DNA of 19,913 nt, taken from assembly GCA_031367385.1 (NCBI GenBank), contig JANLPS010000053.1, forward strand, positions 1 to 19,913, given 5' to 3'. The number at the start of each line of letters is the position of its first letter. Positions within the stretch are counted from its first letter, which is position 1. The notes below the pieces were generated by a model. That model was not told the origin of the DNA and did not search any database. It saw only the letters and a program-made list of their open reading frames with translations. Shown here one piece after another: positions 7,976 to 18,008 of the stretch. This DNA is from Archangium sp. (GTDB lineage Bacteria; Myxococcota; Myxococcia; Myxococcales; Myxococcaceae). A program made the translations under genes and the position numbers.

Positions 7976-8544
7976 CGCAGCCCACCGCGCGCGCGCGGCA
8001 CTTCCATCAGTGCGTTGTGCGCTGCGCCCTGCAGCGACCAGGGGTAGGGCCCGGCCATCACCTGCTGCAGAAAATGAATCGCCGAATCAGAGCCCTGCAT
8101 CGGCAGCAGCGCAATCGCCTGCAGTTTGAGCAGCTCAGGCAGGGTGGGGTGCCGAACGATGTTGCTCAGAATTTCTTCGGCCCGCGGGTGCTTGAACAGC
8201 GCCACCGCACGCACGCCCGCCTTCGCGAAGGCCGGGTTCGGGTCGAGCGCCAGCTGCGCCAAGAAGTTCAGCGCGCGGGGGTCTCCCAACAACCCCAGGT
8301 CTTCAATCGCCTGCACCCGCACTTCACCGGGCGCGGGCTCGAAGGCCCACGTCACGCCTCGCATCAACGCCACGTCGCTCGACGCCGGCTGCATCGACAC
8401 CCGCGACATCACCTGCGGCACGTCATCTTCTTTCGCGCTGCCCAACGCCGCTCCTCGAGGAGCACCCATCGCCGCGGTCGATGAAAAACCCAGTAGACCG
8501 AGCAGGAGCCGCGCTCGAGACTTCACAGAGAACATGCGTCGCAT
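7972..8544 (-). CDS. HEAT-repeat protein with probable signal peptide (start 8544 or 8535)
   Basis: HEAT-like units VRVQAIEDLGLLGDPRAL..., AKAGVRAVALFKHPRAEEIL and LKLQAIALL. ATGA overlap with proC. The ORF-track extension to 8793 overlaps the J-domain gene and is not accepted. Confidence 0.82.
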   Translation of the reverse strand: MRRMFSVKSRARLLLGLLGFSSTAAMGAPRGAALGSAKEDDVPQVMSRVSMQPASSDVALMRGVTWAFEPAPGEVRVQAIEDLGLLGDPRALNFLAQLALDPNPAFAKAGVRAVALFKHPRAEEILSNIVRHPTLPELLKLQAIALLPMQGSDSAIHFLQQVMAGPYPWSLQGAAHNALMEVPRARGGLR

Positions 8545-8574
8545 GATGCCGATCGTGGAAAAACAGCCAAATTT

Positions 8575-8602
8575 TTGCGTCGATCTGCTGCGGGGGTACA
8601 AG
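8575..8602 (+). promoter_or_regulatory. Putative sigma70-type promoter for the J-domain gene
   Basis: TTGCGT, 16-nt spacer, TACAAG (same -10 hexamer as the tRNA promoter). AGGAGG SD precedes ATG 8638. Confidence 0.35.
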
Positions 8603-8637
8603 TCGAGACACACCTGTAGCACAGGAGGTCGACTCGA

Positions 8638-9117
8638 ATGCGAACCGCTCAAGCCTGCACGACGTCGCTGGAAGGGCTCGATGTCGAGTGCACGCATTGC
8701 AACCTGCGAATGACTGCGCACACCGGCAGCGGCGGGCAGATTCGCTACTTTCACTGCCCCTCGTGTCAGCGCTGGGTCTCGAGTGTGTACCAAGAGGTCT
8801 TTCGCGGAGACGCCAAGCTCCGCACCCGCGCCGCGGAGCCCGTTCGTTCACCGTTCGAGGCCGTCAAAGACCGCCTCGACAAGTGGCTCCGCTCGCTCGA
8901 TCACCAAGACCCCTACCGCGCCCTGGGCTGCTCGCCCTTCGACAGCGACGAGACAATTCGCCTCAAATACCGTGAGCTTGCGCGTCAGCATCACCCTGAC
9001 CGCGGTGGCAACGCCGAGACCATGCGGGTGATCAACGACGCCTGGGAGCGGGTCACCAAGCACCGTGAGCAGCGCAAGCGCCAGTCGCTCGAAGCCGGTA
9101 CCGCAGCAATCGCCTGA
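8638..9117 (+). CDS. Zinc-ribbon / C-terminal J-domain protein (class C J-protein)
   Basis: CTHC...CPSC at the N-terminus. J-domain DPYRALG...YRELARQHHPDRGG...INDAW with intact HPD. Strong SD. Confidence 0.92.
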   Translation: MRTAQACTTSLEGLDVECTHCNLRMTAHTGSGGQIRYFHCPSCQRWVSSVYQEVFRGDAKLRTRAAEPVRSPFEAVKDRLDKWLRSLDHQDPYRALGCSPFDSDETIRLKYRELARQHHPDRGGNAETMRVINDAWERVTKHREQRKRQSLEAGTAAIA

Positions 9118-9155
9118 CGTTTGAAACCAACTGGCGGCTTCGGCATCGAAGCCCC

Positions 9156-9632
9156 ATGAGTGATCTCGCGTTAGGCCAAAAAGTCCCCGATGTGCAGTTC
9201 AAGAAGCATGACGGGGCGACGGTTCGGCTGAGCGAGCTCATCGGCAAGCAAACGGTCGTTTTGTACTTCTACCCGCGTGATGACAGCCCGGGTTGTACGA
9301 TCGAAGCGTGTGCGTTTCGTGATTCGTATGAAGACTTCCTCCAGGCCGGAGCGACGGTCATCGGCGTCTCGTCAGACAGCGCGGCCGATCACAAAGCCTT
9401 CAAGGCCAAACACATGTTGCCCTTCACCTTGTTGACCGACGAGGGTGGCGAGGCGGCCAAGGGCATGGGCGTGAAGAATGCCGCCTTCGGGTTGCTCAAG
9501 GGCCGGGTCACCTTCGTGATTGATCGAGAAGGCGTGGTGCAGAGCCGCTTCGACTCGGCGATTCGCATGAAAGAGCACGTTAATCAGGCGCTCGAGTTGG
9601 TGAAGCGGCTCGAGACGAAGACGGCCGCGTAG
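9156..9632 (+). CDS. bcp: Peroxiredoxin, BCP/PrxQ family
   Basis: VVLYFYPRDDSPGCTIEACAFRD (CxxxxC), VIGVSSD and RVTFVID. Confidence 0.95.
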   Translation: MSDLALGQKVPDVQFKKHDGATVRLSELIGKQTVVLYFYPRDDSPGCTIEACAFRDSYEDFLQAGATVIGVSSDSAADHKAFKAKHMLPFTLLTDEGGEAAKGMGVKNAAFGLLKGRVTFVIDREGVVQSRFDSAIRMKEHVNQALELVKRLETKTAA

Positions 9633-10578
9633 GCAGGGCCCGCAGCACGTAGCGCCAGAAGGCCATGAAGGTGAGCGCTCCGAGCGCGACCTTCGCCGGC
9701 CAGGCGAAGAAGGCGCCCGGGCTCACGAACGCCTCGACGACTCCAATCGTGACCAGAAACGGGGCGCAGCCCAGCACCAGTTGCACCGCGTCTCGGGCCC
9801 GTTCACGAATCACCTCGCTGCGCGGTCTCTCGCCAGGCTCGATCATCGCATGGCCGAGCATCAAGCCCGCGCCGCTGGTGAGGCAAATCACCGAGAGCTC
9901 GACCGGGCCGTGGGCGGCCATGAAGGTGAGAATGCTGGGGCCCAGACCGTGATGCACGCAGGCCGCGACGATCGCTCCGACATGGAGCCCGTTGAAGATG
10001 ATCATCAGCACCGTGCCGATGCCGGCCGTGATGCCGAGCGAGAACGCCATGAAGGTGACGCGCAGGTTGTTGGTGAAGATCATCACGGCGAGGGTCGATG
10101 GGTGCAGCCCGCCGAGCGCAGAGTCAGTCCAGAGCTCGCCGCGGTCGATGAAGGCGCGCAGCTCGTCGCCGATGAGCAAGGTCGCTCCGTCGGGCTCGAA
10201 GAGCACGGTGGTGAACCCAACCACGATGCCCATCACCAACAGCGCGGCGGCGACGAGGGTGTAGGTCAGCTGCTCCTGCACCACGTGAGGAAACCCGGTT
10301 CGATAAAACGCTGCGATTGACGCCAGGCGGTTGGGCCGGCTGCGGTAGATCGCAGCGTAGGCGCGCCCGCAGAGTTGATTGAGAAACTGCAGCACCTCAG
10401 TGCCCGGGTAAAGCGCCTGCGCCTGTGCGAGATCACCCGAGGCCCGCCGGTATTGGCGCTCGAGCAGCGTGAGCTCGTCAAGCCGAAGCGCTGCGCTGCG
10501 TTGACGGTCGAGCAGCGATTCCAGCACGGCCCACTCCGGCTGACGGCGAGCAACGAATGTCGAGAGCGCCTCCGCCAT
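9580..10578 (-). CDS. SpoIIM (DUF95) family membrane protein
   Basis: YRRASGDLAQAQ...LNQLCGRAYAAIY, IFTNNLRV, FNG, AHGPVEL and VEAFVSP, with multiple TM helices. Confidence 0.93.
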   Translation of the reverse strand: MAEALSTFVARRQPEWAVLESLLDRQRSAALRLDELTLLERQYRRASGDLAQAQALYPGTEVLQFLNQLCGRAYAAIYRSRPNRLASIAAFYRTGFPHVVQEQLTYTLVAAALLVMGIVVGFTTVLFEPDGATLLIGDELRAFIDRGELWTDSALGGLHPSTLAVMIFTNNLRVTFMAFSLGITAGIGTVLMIIFNGLHVGAIVAACVHHGLGPSILTFMAAHGPVELSVICLTSGAGLMLGHAMIEPGERPRSEVIRERARDAVQLVLGCAPFLVTIGVVEAFVSPGAFFAWPAKVALGALTFMAFWRYVLRALPTRPSSSRAASPTRAPD

Positions 10579-10591
10579 GACCGCCGGGCCG

Positions 10592-11185
10592 CTAGCGGTC
10601 TGAGGGGTCGAAGGGCGCTTCGATCAGCACACCCGCGAAGAGTGGGGCAATGGCTTGGGTAGCGACGCCAGCGGGTGCCACGAGTATCACTGCGAGGAGC
10701 GCCGAGCGCGTTGAGCTTCGAACGCCGTTTCTCGTCGAGTCGATACATTTCGCTGCGGCGAACAGCAACCAACCGACAGAAAAGACGCTGCCGAGTAGCA
10801 TTTGTGCCACTTGCATCGGTTTGATTGAAGAGTCGAAAGCAAGTGAGAGGCCGCTGGCCGCTACCAATCCGATGAGGAGCGGTACCGCCATGAGGGCGGC
10901 GAAGCCGAGAAACGCATTCATCGCTGCGTCTGCGAACTCATTGCGAAAGCCGAAAACCGCCTTCATTGACGAGACAATGAGCGTGAGAGCGACTGACGCT
11001 GCCAACATTGGATTTGAGAGACGGCCTGCGTAACCAAAAACGCCGACCTGGTCCGCTGCCAACCAGTACAAACCGAGAACAGCAGGGCCAAACGCCAGTG
11101 CGTGCAATGCGTCGAGACGCCGGTACATCGCGCGGAGCGTTGGCATGGGCCGACCGTACAGTGCGCGTTCTATGCGCGCAATCAT
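10592..11185 (-). CDS. Hypothetical polytopic membrane protein (about 5 TM), lower GC than neighbours
   Basis: ATGA overlap with the RDD stop; ends 13 nt before the SpoIIM start; several hydrophobic helices. Confidence 0.7.
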   Translation of the reverse strand: MIARIERALYGRPMPTLRAMYRRLDALHALAFGPAVLGLYWLAADQVGVFGYAGRLSNPMLAASVALTLIVSSMKAVFGFRNEFADAAMNAFLGFAALMAVPLLIGLVAASGLSLAFDSSIKPMQVAQMLLGSVFSVGWLLFAAAKCIDSTRNGVRSSTRSALLAVILVAPAGVATQAIAPLFAGVLIEAPFDPSDR

Positions 11186-11892
11186 CGGAGACTCGAAGGG
11201 CCTGAGGCGAGGATCCGCTCGAGCGCGAGCCGAATCGCCGCTTCGTCCTGCGGCGCATCTCCTCCGAACCGAACTACCAACGCCCGCCCGACTCTCAGCC
11301 GTGCCTCCGGCTCGATCGTATCGAACCGCGAAAGAAAACCCGTAAGGAGCTCCAGATCCTGCGCCGACAAGGTGCCGGTCACCGCTGCGTACTTCGCCAG
11401 ATCGAACTTCTGCTCGCGCACCAGCACCGTGCCCGCGGCCAGATCACCCAGCCTTCGATGGTGCTTGTCGAGCAGCATGCACACCACGCCCACCGGGTAA
11501 CACATCGGCAAAAAATCGACGAAGCGCAGAAGGTTTCGCACGGCACTCTCGAAGGCCCCCACCGCTGACCCATCGCTGCGCACGACCCGAATTCGCATCG
11601 CGCGCTTGCCCACGGTCTGCCCGTGCCAGGCGATCTCCATCACCGTCCAGTAGGCCCAGAGCGCAGAGAACGCGGCCACCACCAGCAGCGCCCGCACCAC
11701 GCCTGATAACGAGATCACCAGCGCGAGTGGGTCAGGCACCGCCAGCGTGAAGACGAAGTACCCGATGATTCCGGCGCCGAAAAGCAGTGCGACATCAATC
11801 AGATACGCCATCGCGCGAAACCCGATGCCGGCAATCGGCAGCTCGACCGCAACCCGCTCAGGCGTCGCGACCTCGAGCCGTTCATCGGTCAC
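11182..11892 (-). CDS. RDD family membrane protein
   Basis: Start reassigned to GTG 11892 (GTGA overlap with the methyltransferase stop). Motifs TPERV, AGIGFRAMAYLID, GQTVGKR, RNLLRFVD and RRLGDLAAGTVLV. Confidence 0.93.
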   Translation of the reverse strand: MTDERLEVATPERVAVELPIAGIGFRAMAYLIDVALLFGAGIIGYFVFTLAVPDPLALVISLSGVVRALLVVAAFSALWAYWTVMEIAWHGQTVGKRAMRIRVVRSDGSAVGAFESAVRNLLRFVDFLPMCYPVGVVCMLLDKHHRRLGDLAAGTVLVREQKFDLAKYAAVTGTLSAQDLELLTGFLSRFDTIEPEARLRVGRALVVRFGGDAPQDEAAIRLALERILASGPSSLR

Positions 11893-13226
11893 GACTTCGC
11901 GCGCTCCAACACGGCCCCGAAGAACCCATCGGTGCCATGGCGGTGCGGGTACAACCGCAGCATGCCGTCGCGGGTGCACGACGCGGCGAGCTCTTCGCCC
12001 AGCCACTTACCCGCGGGAGCGATCGAGAACTCTTTGTTCTTCGACAAGAACTCTTCGACCACCGCCTCGTTCTCGTCACGCAGCACGCTGCAGGTGCCGT
12101 ACACGACGCGGCCGCCCGGCTTCACCAATTTCGCGAAGCGCGCGAGCAGCATCTTCTGGCGACCCACGTGATCATCGAGCATCGCTTGGTCGAGCTTGTA
12201 GCGGGCGTCGGGTTTTCGGCGGTATGTGCCCGACCCACTGCACGGCGCGTCGATCAGCACCCGCTCGACGCCAGTCAGCTTGAGCAACGCCTCTTCCAGC
12301 GCGGGCTCCTCCATCGGCAACACCTGTACCCGCACGTTGTGAACGCCGTCGCGTCGCGCCCGCAGCCGCAGGTCTTCGAGCCGGCGTTCATCGACATCGA
12401 GCGCGAACAGCTCACCCTTGTTCTTCATCTGCGCGGCCAGCTGCAACGTCTTGCCGCCGGCGCCAGCACAGGCATCGACCACCTTGCGAGGAGGCGCATC
12501 GACGATCATGCCCAGCAACTGGCTGCCTTCGTCTTGAATCTCGAACAGGCCCTCCTTGAACGAGGGCAGCGAGTACGCATTCTGCCGCGTCTCGAGAATC
12601 AACCCGAACGGCGAGAGCTTGGTCATCTGCGTGATGACCTCTTCTTTCGCCAGCCGGCTCGCGAGATCTTCACGCGAGATCTTCAGCGTATTGGCCCGCA
12701 CGCACAGCGGCCCGCGAATGTTCATCGCCTGCGCCGCGACCAGCGCCTCGTCACCGAGCTCGGTCTGCAGCTTGCGTGCGAAGAACATCGGCATGCTGGC
12801 TTCAATTGACAGCCGCTCGGTCGCCGGCATTCGCTCGAGGTCACGCTTGAAGTTCGGAGCCGACCGCAACGAATCGACCTCGGGCGCGCTCAGCGACATC
12901 GCCCGGCCGACCCCATCTGCCGGGTCTCCGTCGAGCACCTGCGAAATCGCGAGGCGAAACAGGTCTTTGCGCGTCGTGCCCAGGCCCTCGAAGCCCTTGA
13001 ACGCCTTCGCGGCCAGAAAATCGACCAGCAGCTGGTGACGCAGCAGCGAATACACCCGCTCGGCCACCGCCCGCCGCTCGTTCGAATACAAGTGTCGCTT
13101 GTTGCGCAGCACGTACTCGAGCGCGCGATCAGACAGGCGCCCCTCGTGCACGATGGAGCCGTAGGCCTCGAGGCAGGCTTGGGCCACGAGGTCTTCGCGA
13201 ATCGGTCGGTAGGCAAACGCCTTCAT
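11889..13226 (-). CDS. RsmB/NOP family RNA m5C methyltransferase
   Basis: Motifs VRANTLK, EIQDEGSQL, VVDACAGAGGKT, LIDAPCSGSG, VYGTCSV, ENE and GTDGFF; both catalytic Cys present. NusB-like N-terminus. Start ATG 13226 chosen because it lies 1 nt after the upstream stop. Confidence 0.93.
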   Translation of the reverse strand: MKAFAYRPIREDLVAQACLEAYGSIVHEGRLSDRALEYVLRNKRHLYSNERRAVAERVYSLLRHQLLVDFLAAKAFKGFEGLGTTRKDLFRLAISQVLDGDPADGVGRAMSLSAPEVDSLRSAPNFKRDLERMPATERLSIEASMPMFFARKLQTELGDEALVAAQAMNIRGPLCVRANTLKISREDLASRLAKEEVITQMTKLSPFGLILETRQNAYSLPSFKEGLFEIQDEGSQLLGMIVDAPPRKVVDACAGAGGKTLQLAAQMKNKGELFALDVDERRLEDLRLRARRDGVHNVRVQVLPMEEPALEEALLKLTGVERVLIDAPCSGSGTYRRKPDARYKLDQAMLDDHVGRQKMLLARFAKLVKPGGRVVYGTCSVLRDENEAVVEEFLSKNKEFSIAPAGKWLGEELAASCTRDGMLRLYPHRHGTDGFFGAVLERAKS

Positions 13227-13227
13227 T

Positions 13228-13779
13228 TTAGGTGTCACTTGCTCGAGCAGCTGGTTTGCGGAACACCTGCCACACACCGAGCGAAATCGCTGCGAGAATC
13301 ACCATCGCCCCGGCGAGGCGCCCAACCCAAGAAGCCACTGGAGCCGCCTCCACGGTCAGAAGCCCCCGGGTTTGCTTGAGCCGGGTGGTTCGCCAGGCCA
13401 CTTCGAGCACGTGCTCTCCACCCTCGGTCGGGGTCAGCGTCGCGTTCCAGGTCTGGCCGGCGCCGCGGGCGACGGTGATCGACTGCTGGGTGCCCAGCGC
13501 CTCGGCTTTTCGCAGTGAAAACGTCACCGGGCCGATGAATGAAGCCCCGTCAATGACGCTCACCCTGACGCTCACGGTGATGGGCTGCCCGGCGACCAGG
13601 TGCTGCGGCGTGATCGTACCCGCCAGGTGGTCTTCGGTGTCGGCCCAGCGCATCGAGTACCCGCTCGCGTCGACGGCCAAATCGAGCTTCTGCTCGGGGT
13701 TGGTGCCATCGAACGTGTCGGCGGTGGGCCATTCATTGGCCAGCGCCGCCGAGACTACGAGATAAGTAATCAGAATCAT
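13228..13779 (-). CDS. Hypothetical exported protein: signal peptide, beta-rich (Ig-like) domain, C-terminal TM anchor
   Basis: MILITYLVVSAALA-N signal, alternating beta-strand pattern, and C-terminal LAGAMVILAAISLGVWQVFRK. Confidence 0.75.
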   Translation of the reverse strand: MILITYLVVSAALANEWPTADTFDGTNPEQKLDLAVDASGYSMRWADTEDHLAGTITPQHLVAGQPITVSVRVSVIDGASFIGPVTFSLRKAEALGTQQSITVARGAGQTWNATLTPTEGGEHVLEVAWRTTRLKQTRGLLTVEAAPVASWVGRLAGAMVILAAISLGVWQVFRKPAARASDT

Positions 13780-13824
13780 TTAGGGTTTCACCGGAGCGTT
13801 CTGTCGCTAGAGTCACCGCGCTCC

Positions 13825-15987
<2,163 letters not shown>

Positions 15988-16029
15988 ATGCGTTTGCGAG
16001 CAATGCCGCCGCGTTGTAAGTGAGGAGAT

Positions 16030-16422
16030 ATGGAAAACACTGCAACTGCCGAGGTTTCTGCCAGCCCGGTTTCAACTGAGAGCTCGGAGAAGCGGTCGGT
16101 CGTGCTTCTCACCGAAGGCGCGATTCGCCAGGTGAAGAGCGTCATCGCCCAGCAAAACCTCGAAGGCGCGTACCTCACCGTGCGCGTTGTGCCCGCCGGC
16201 TGCAGCGGCCTCGGCTACGACTTGAACCTGATGAAAGAGACCAAGCCCGGCGACATTCTCTGGGAACAAGACGGCGTCAAGCTCTGCACCGACGCGATCT
16301 CGACCAAGTACTTGAGCGGCACCGAGATGGACTGGGTGGTCACCGATACCTCGGCGGGGTTCAAGTTCAGCAACCCCAACGCGAAGTCATCATGCGGCTG
16401 CGGCACGTCGTTCTCGGCGTAA
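16030..16422 (+). CDS. A-type Fe-S cluster carrier (HesB/IscA/SufA/ErpA family)
   Basis: AGCSGLGY and FKFSNPNAKSSCGCGTSF; GAGGAG SD. Confidence 0.96.
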   Translation: MENTATAEVSASPVSTESSEKRSVVLLTEGAIRQVKSVIAQQNLEGAYLTVRVVPAGCSGLGYDLNLMKETKPGDILWEQDGVKLCTDAISTKYLSGTEMDWVVTDTSAGFKFSNPNAKSSCGCGTSFSA

Positions 16423-16424
16423 TT

Positions 16425-16440
16425 CGCTCCGAGGGGAGCG
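16425..16440. terminator. Short GC hairpin between convergent genes
   Basis: CGCTCC-gagg-GGAGCG immediately after the IscA-like stop; no U-tract. Confidence 0.3.
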
Positions 16441-16502
16441 CCCAAGGGTGGATCGGTAGCGACAAACTCTCATGGTGAGCCAGTCGAACCATGAACTCCC
16501 CG

Positions 16503-17351
16503 TCAGCGGGGCCTGCGCCGAGCATCGGGCGTCCCCGGGGGCAATTCGACGAACTCGCACATGTCTGACAGCCGACTGTAGATTCTGTCGCCAACACGAT
16601 CGCTGAGCCACTTCGATTCCTTGCCAGCATCGAGGAGGTCCGAAGTTTTCGCGTATCCCGTTTGCAGTTTCCCCTCGGGCTGCCTCAAGGAGAAATTGGT
16701 AGCGAACAGGGTTACCTTGTTTGAGTTGTATCGCCTCGCAATCAGCTCATCGAGGGTCTCGAGCTCAAATGCGCTGCCGCGGCCCTTGCCCAACTCATCC
16801 AGAGCGAGGACCGTTACTTCAGAGAGCGGGCCGATGATTTCGCCACCAGATTTGCCCTGCTGAAACCCTCGGCGAATTGTCGCGTAGAGCAGAGACATTT
16901 CGACGTAGCCGCACTTGACGCCAACCTCGAGCGTGAGGTGTCGAAGCGTTGCAGTCAAAAGGTGAGTCTTTCCGGTGCCAACCGGACCGCTCACGATGAC
17001 GCCGCGCGGCTGAGGCCAAGCCAGCGCGAATTGCCTGAACTTCTGCTTCGCAACGTCCTGTTCGTGAAACCCCGCTTGGTAGTTCTCGAACGTCGACGTC
17101 GCGTGCACCGCCGGCAGATGGGCGTTGTTGAACAGGTCGATGCGCTTGCTCAGCTTGGCGCGAGGGCAGGGCGCGGTGACGTCATAGCTGCGGCCCATCT
17201 CGGTGATGCTGGTGCGAACCAGGCCGGTGCCTCCGCACTCGGTGCAGCCGGCGACGCTCTTCACCGGGCGCGCGATCGCATTTTCACCCTGACGGTCGAC
17301 GGTGCAGCCACCAGGTTCACAGCTTTTCGTAGCGCTCACAGGCAAGGTCAC
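16503..17351 (-). CDS. DnaC/DnaI/IstB-like AAA+ ATPase (putative helicase loader) with N-terminal Cys cluster
   Basis: Start GTG 17351 (GTGA overlap with the upstream stop). CTECGGTG...APC, STFENY, Walker A GPVGTGKT, Walker B LALDELG, LIARRYN, FATN and GDRIYSRL. Confidence 0.9.
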   Translation of the reverse strand: MTLPVSATKSCEPGGCTVDRQGENAIARPVKSVAGCTECGGTGLVRTSITEMGRSYDVTAPCPRAKLSKRIDLFNNAHLPAVHATSTFENYQAGFHEQDVAKQKFRQFALAWPQPRGVIVSGPVGTGKTHLLTATLRHLTLEVGVKCGYVEMSLLYATIRRGFQQGKSGGEIIGPLSEVTVLALDELGKGRGSAFELETLDELIARRYNSNKVTLFATNFSLRQPEGKLQTGYAKTSDLLDAGKESKWLSDRVGDRIYSRLSDMCEFVELPPGTPDARRRPR

Positions 17352-17977
17352 CAAAACGTCGGGAGAGACAGCTCGCGCCGCACCAACGCAGCCCGGTGAA
17401 AACGAAGCGACTCTCTTCGGGCAGCCGCAGACAACGAGGGCGTGTTCTGCACGAGTCTCTGGGCTTCGTGCAACAACGGCTTTCGACTCGAGTAGGGCAG
17501 GGCCCGCAGAAGCTTCGCCAAGGCCCACTCTTCGTTCACATCGGCCTGGTGAAAATCAGCGGGTGCGTTCAAGTGCGCAAGCCAGGTCACCAGCTCTGGC
17601 CTTGTCTTGCCCAGCTTCTTCATCGCCGAGATCAGCTTCTTGTGCCGGGCCAGGTGAAACGGCTCGAGCTGGGTCTGTGGAGCCGCTTCGGTCTGCCCCG
17701 CCGAGCGCTTCAGGTACTTGTCGATTTCAGCGTTCACCGCCCGCTTGCACCACGAGAGAAACCGCAGCGAGGGCACACCGTTCGGGGCGTCCCACAGGGC
17801 GTCTTCGGCGGCTTTTCGAATGCCGCGGGCGACCACTTCGAAGGGCACTCCGGTGGCCGCCCACGCATCGACCAGGTCGAAGTCGGTGGCCGACAGGCTT
17901 ACCCCTCGCCCCCGGTAGGCGACGAAGCAGTCTTGTACCCGCTCGTGAAACGTCGCGTTGTCAGGGAGCAAACTCAT
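17348..17977 (-). CDS. Hypothetical protein with an N-terminal DnaD/DnaB_2-like domain
   Basis: ATG 17977. FVAYRGRGVSLSATDFDLVDAWAATGVPFEVVARGIRKA resembles the DnaD C-domain pattern F...GR.LS..E...I..W....P.E.I..A...A. Coupled to the DnaC-like gene. Confidence 0.78.
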   Translation of the reverse strand: MSLLPDNATFHERVQDCFVAYRGRGVSLSATDFDLVDAWAATGVPFEVVARGIRKAAEDALWDAPNGVPSLRFLSWCKRAVNAEIDKYLKRSAGQTEAAPQTQLEPFHLARHKKLISAMKKLGKTRPELVTWLAHLNAPADFHQADVNEEWALAKLLRALPYSSRKPLLHEAQRLVQNTPSLSAAARRESLRFHRAALVRRELSLPTFW

Positions 17978-18008
17978 GGGCGTCGAACCGCGACCATGTA
18001 CAGTGTTC

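Noticed and set aside
9120..9157. sigma32-like promoter (TTGAAA ... CCCCAT) before bcp
   Set aside because: The spacer is 25 nt instead of about 13-14, and the CCCCAT overlaps the start codon.
13600..13824. ORF-track N-terminal extension of the kinase (similar extensions: 8545-8793, 11893-12006, 13227-13277, 17352-17528, 17978-18037)
   Set aside because: These overlap real neighbouring genes or promoters. Downstream starts give 4-nt overlaps or 1-nt gaps and family-typical N-termini.
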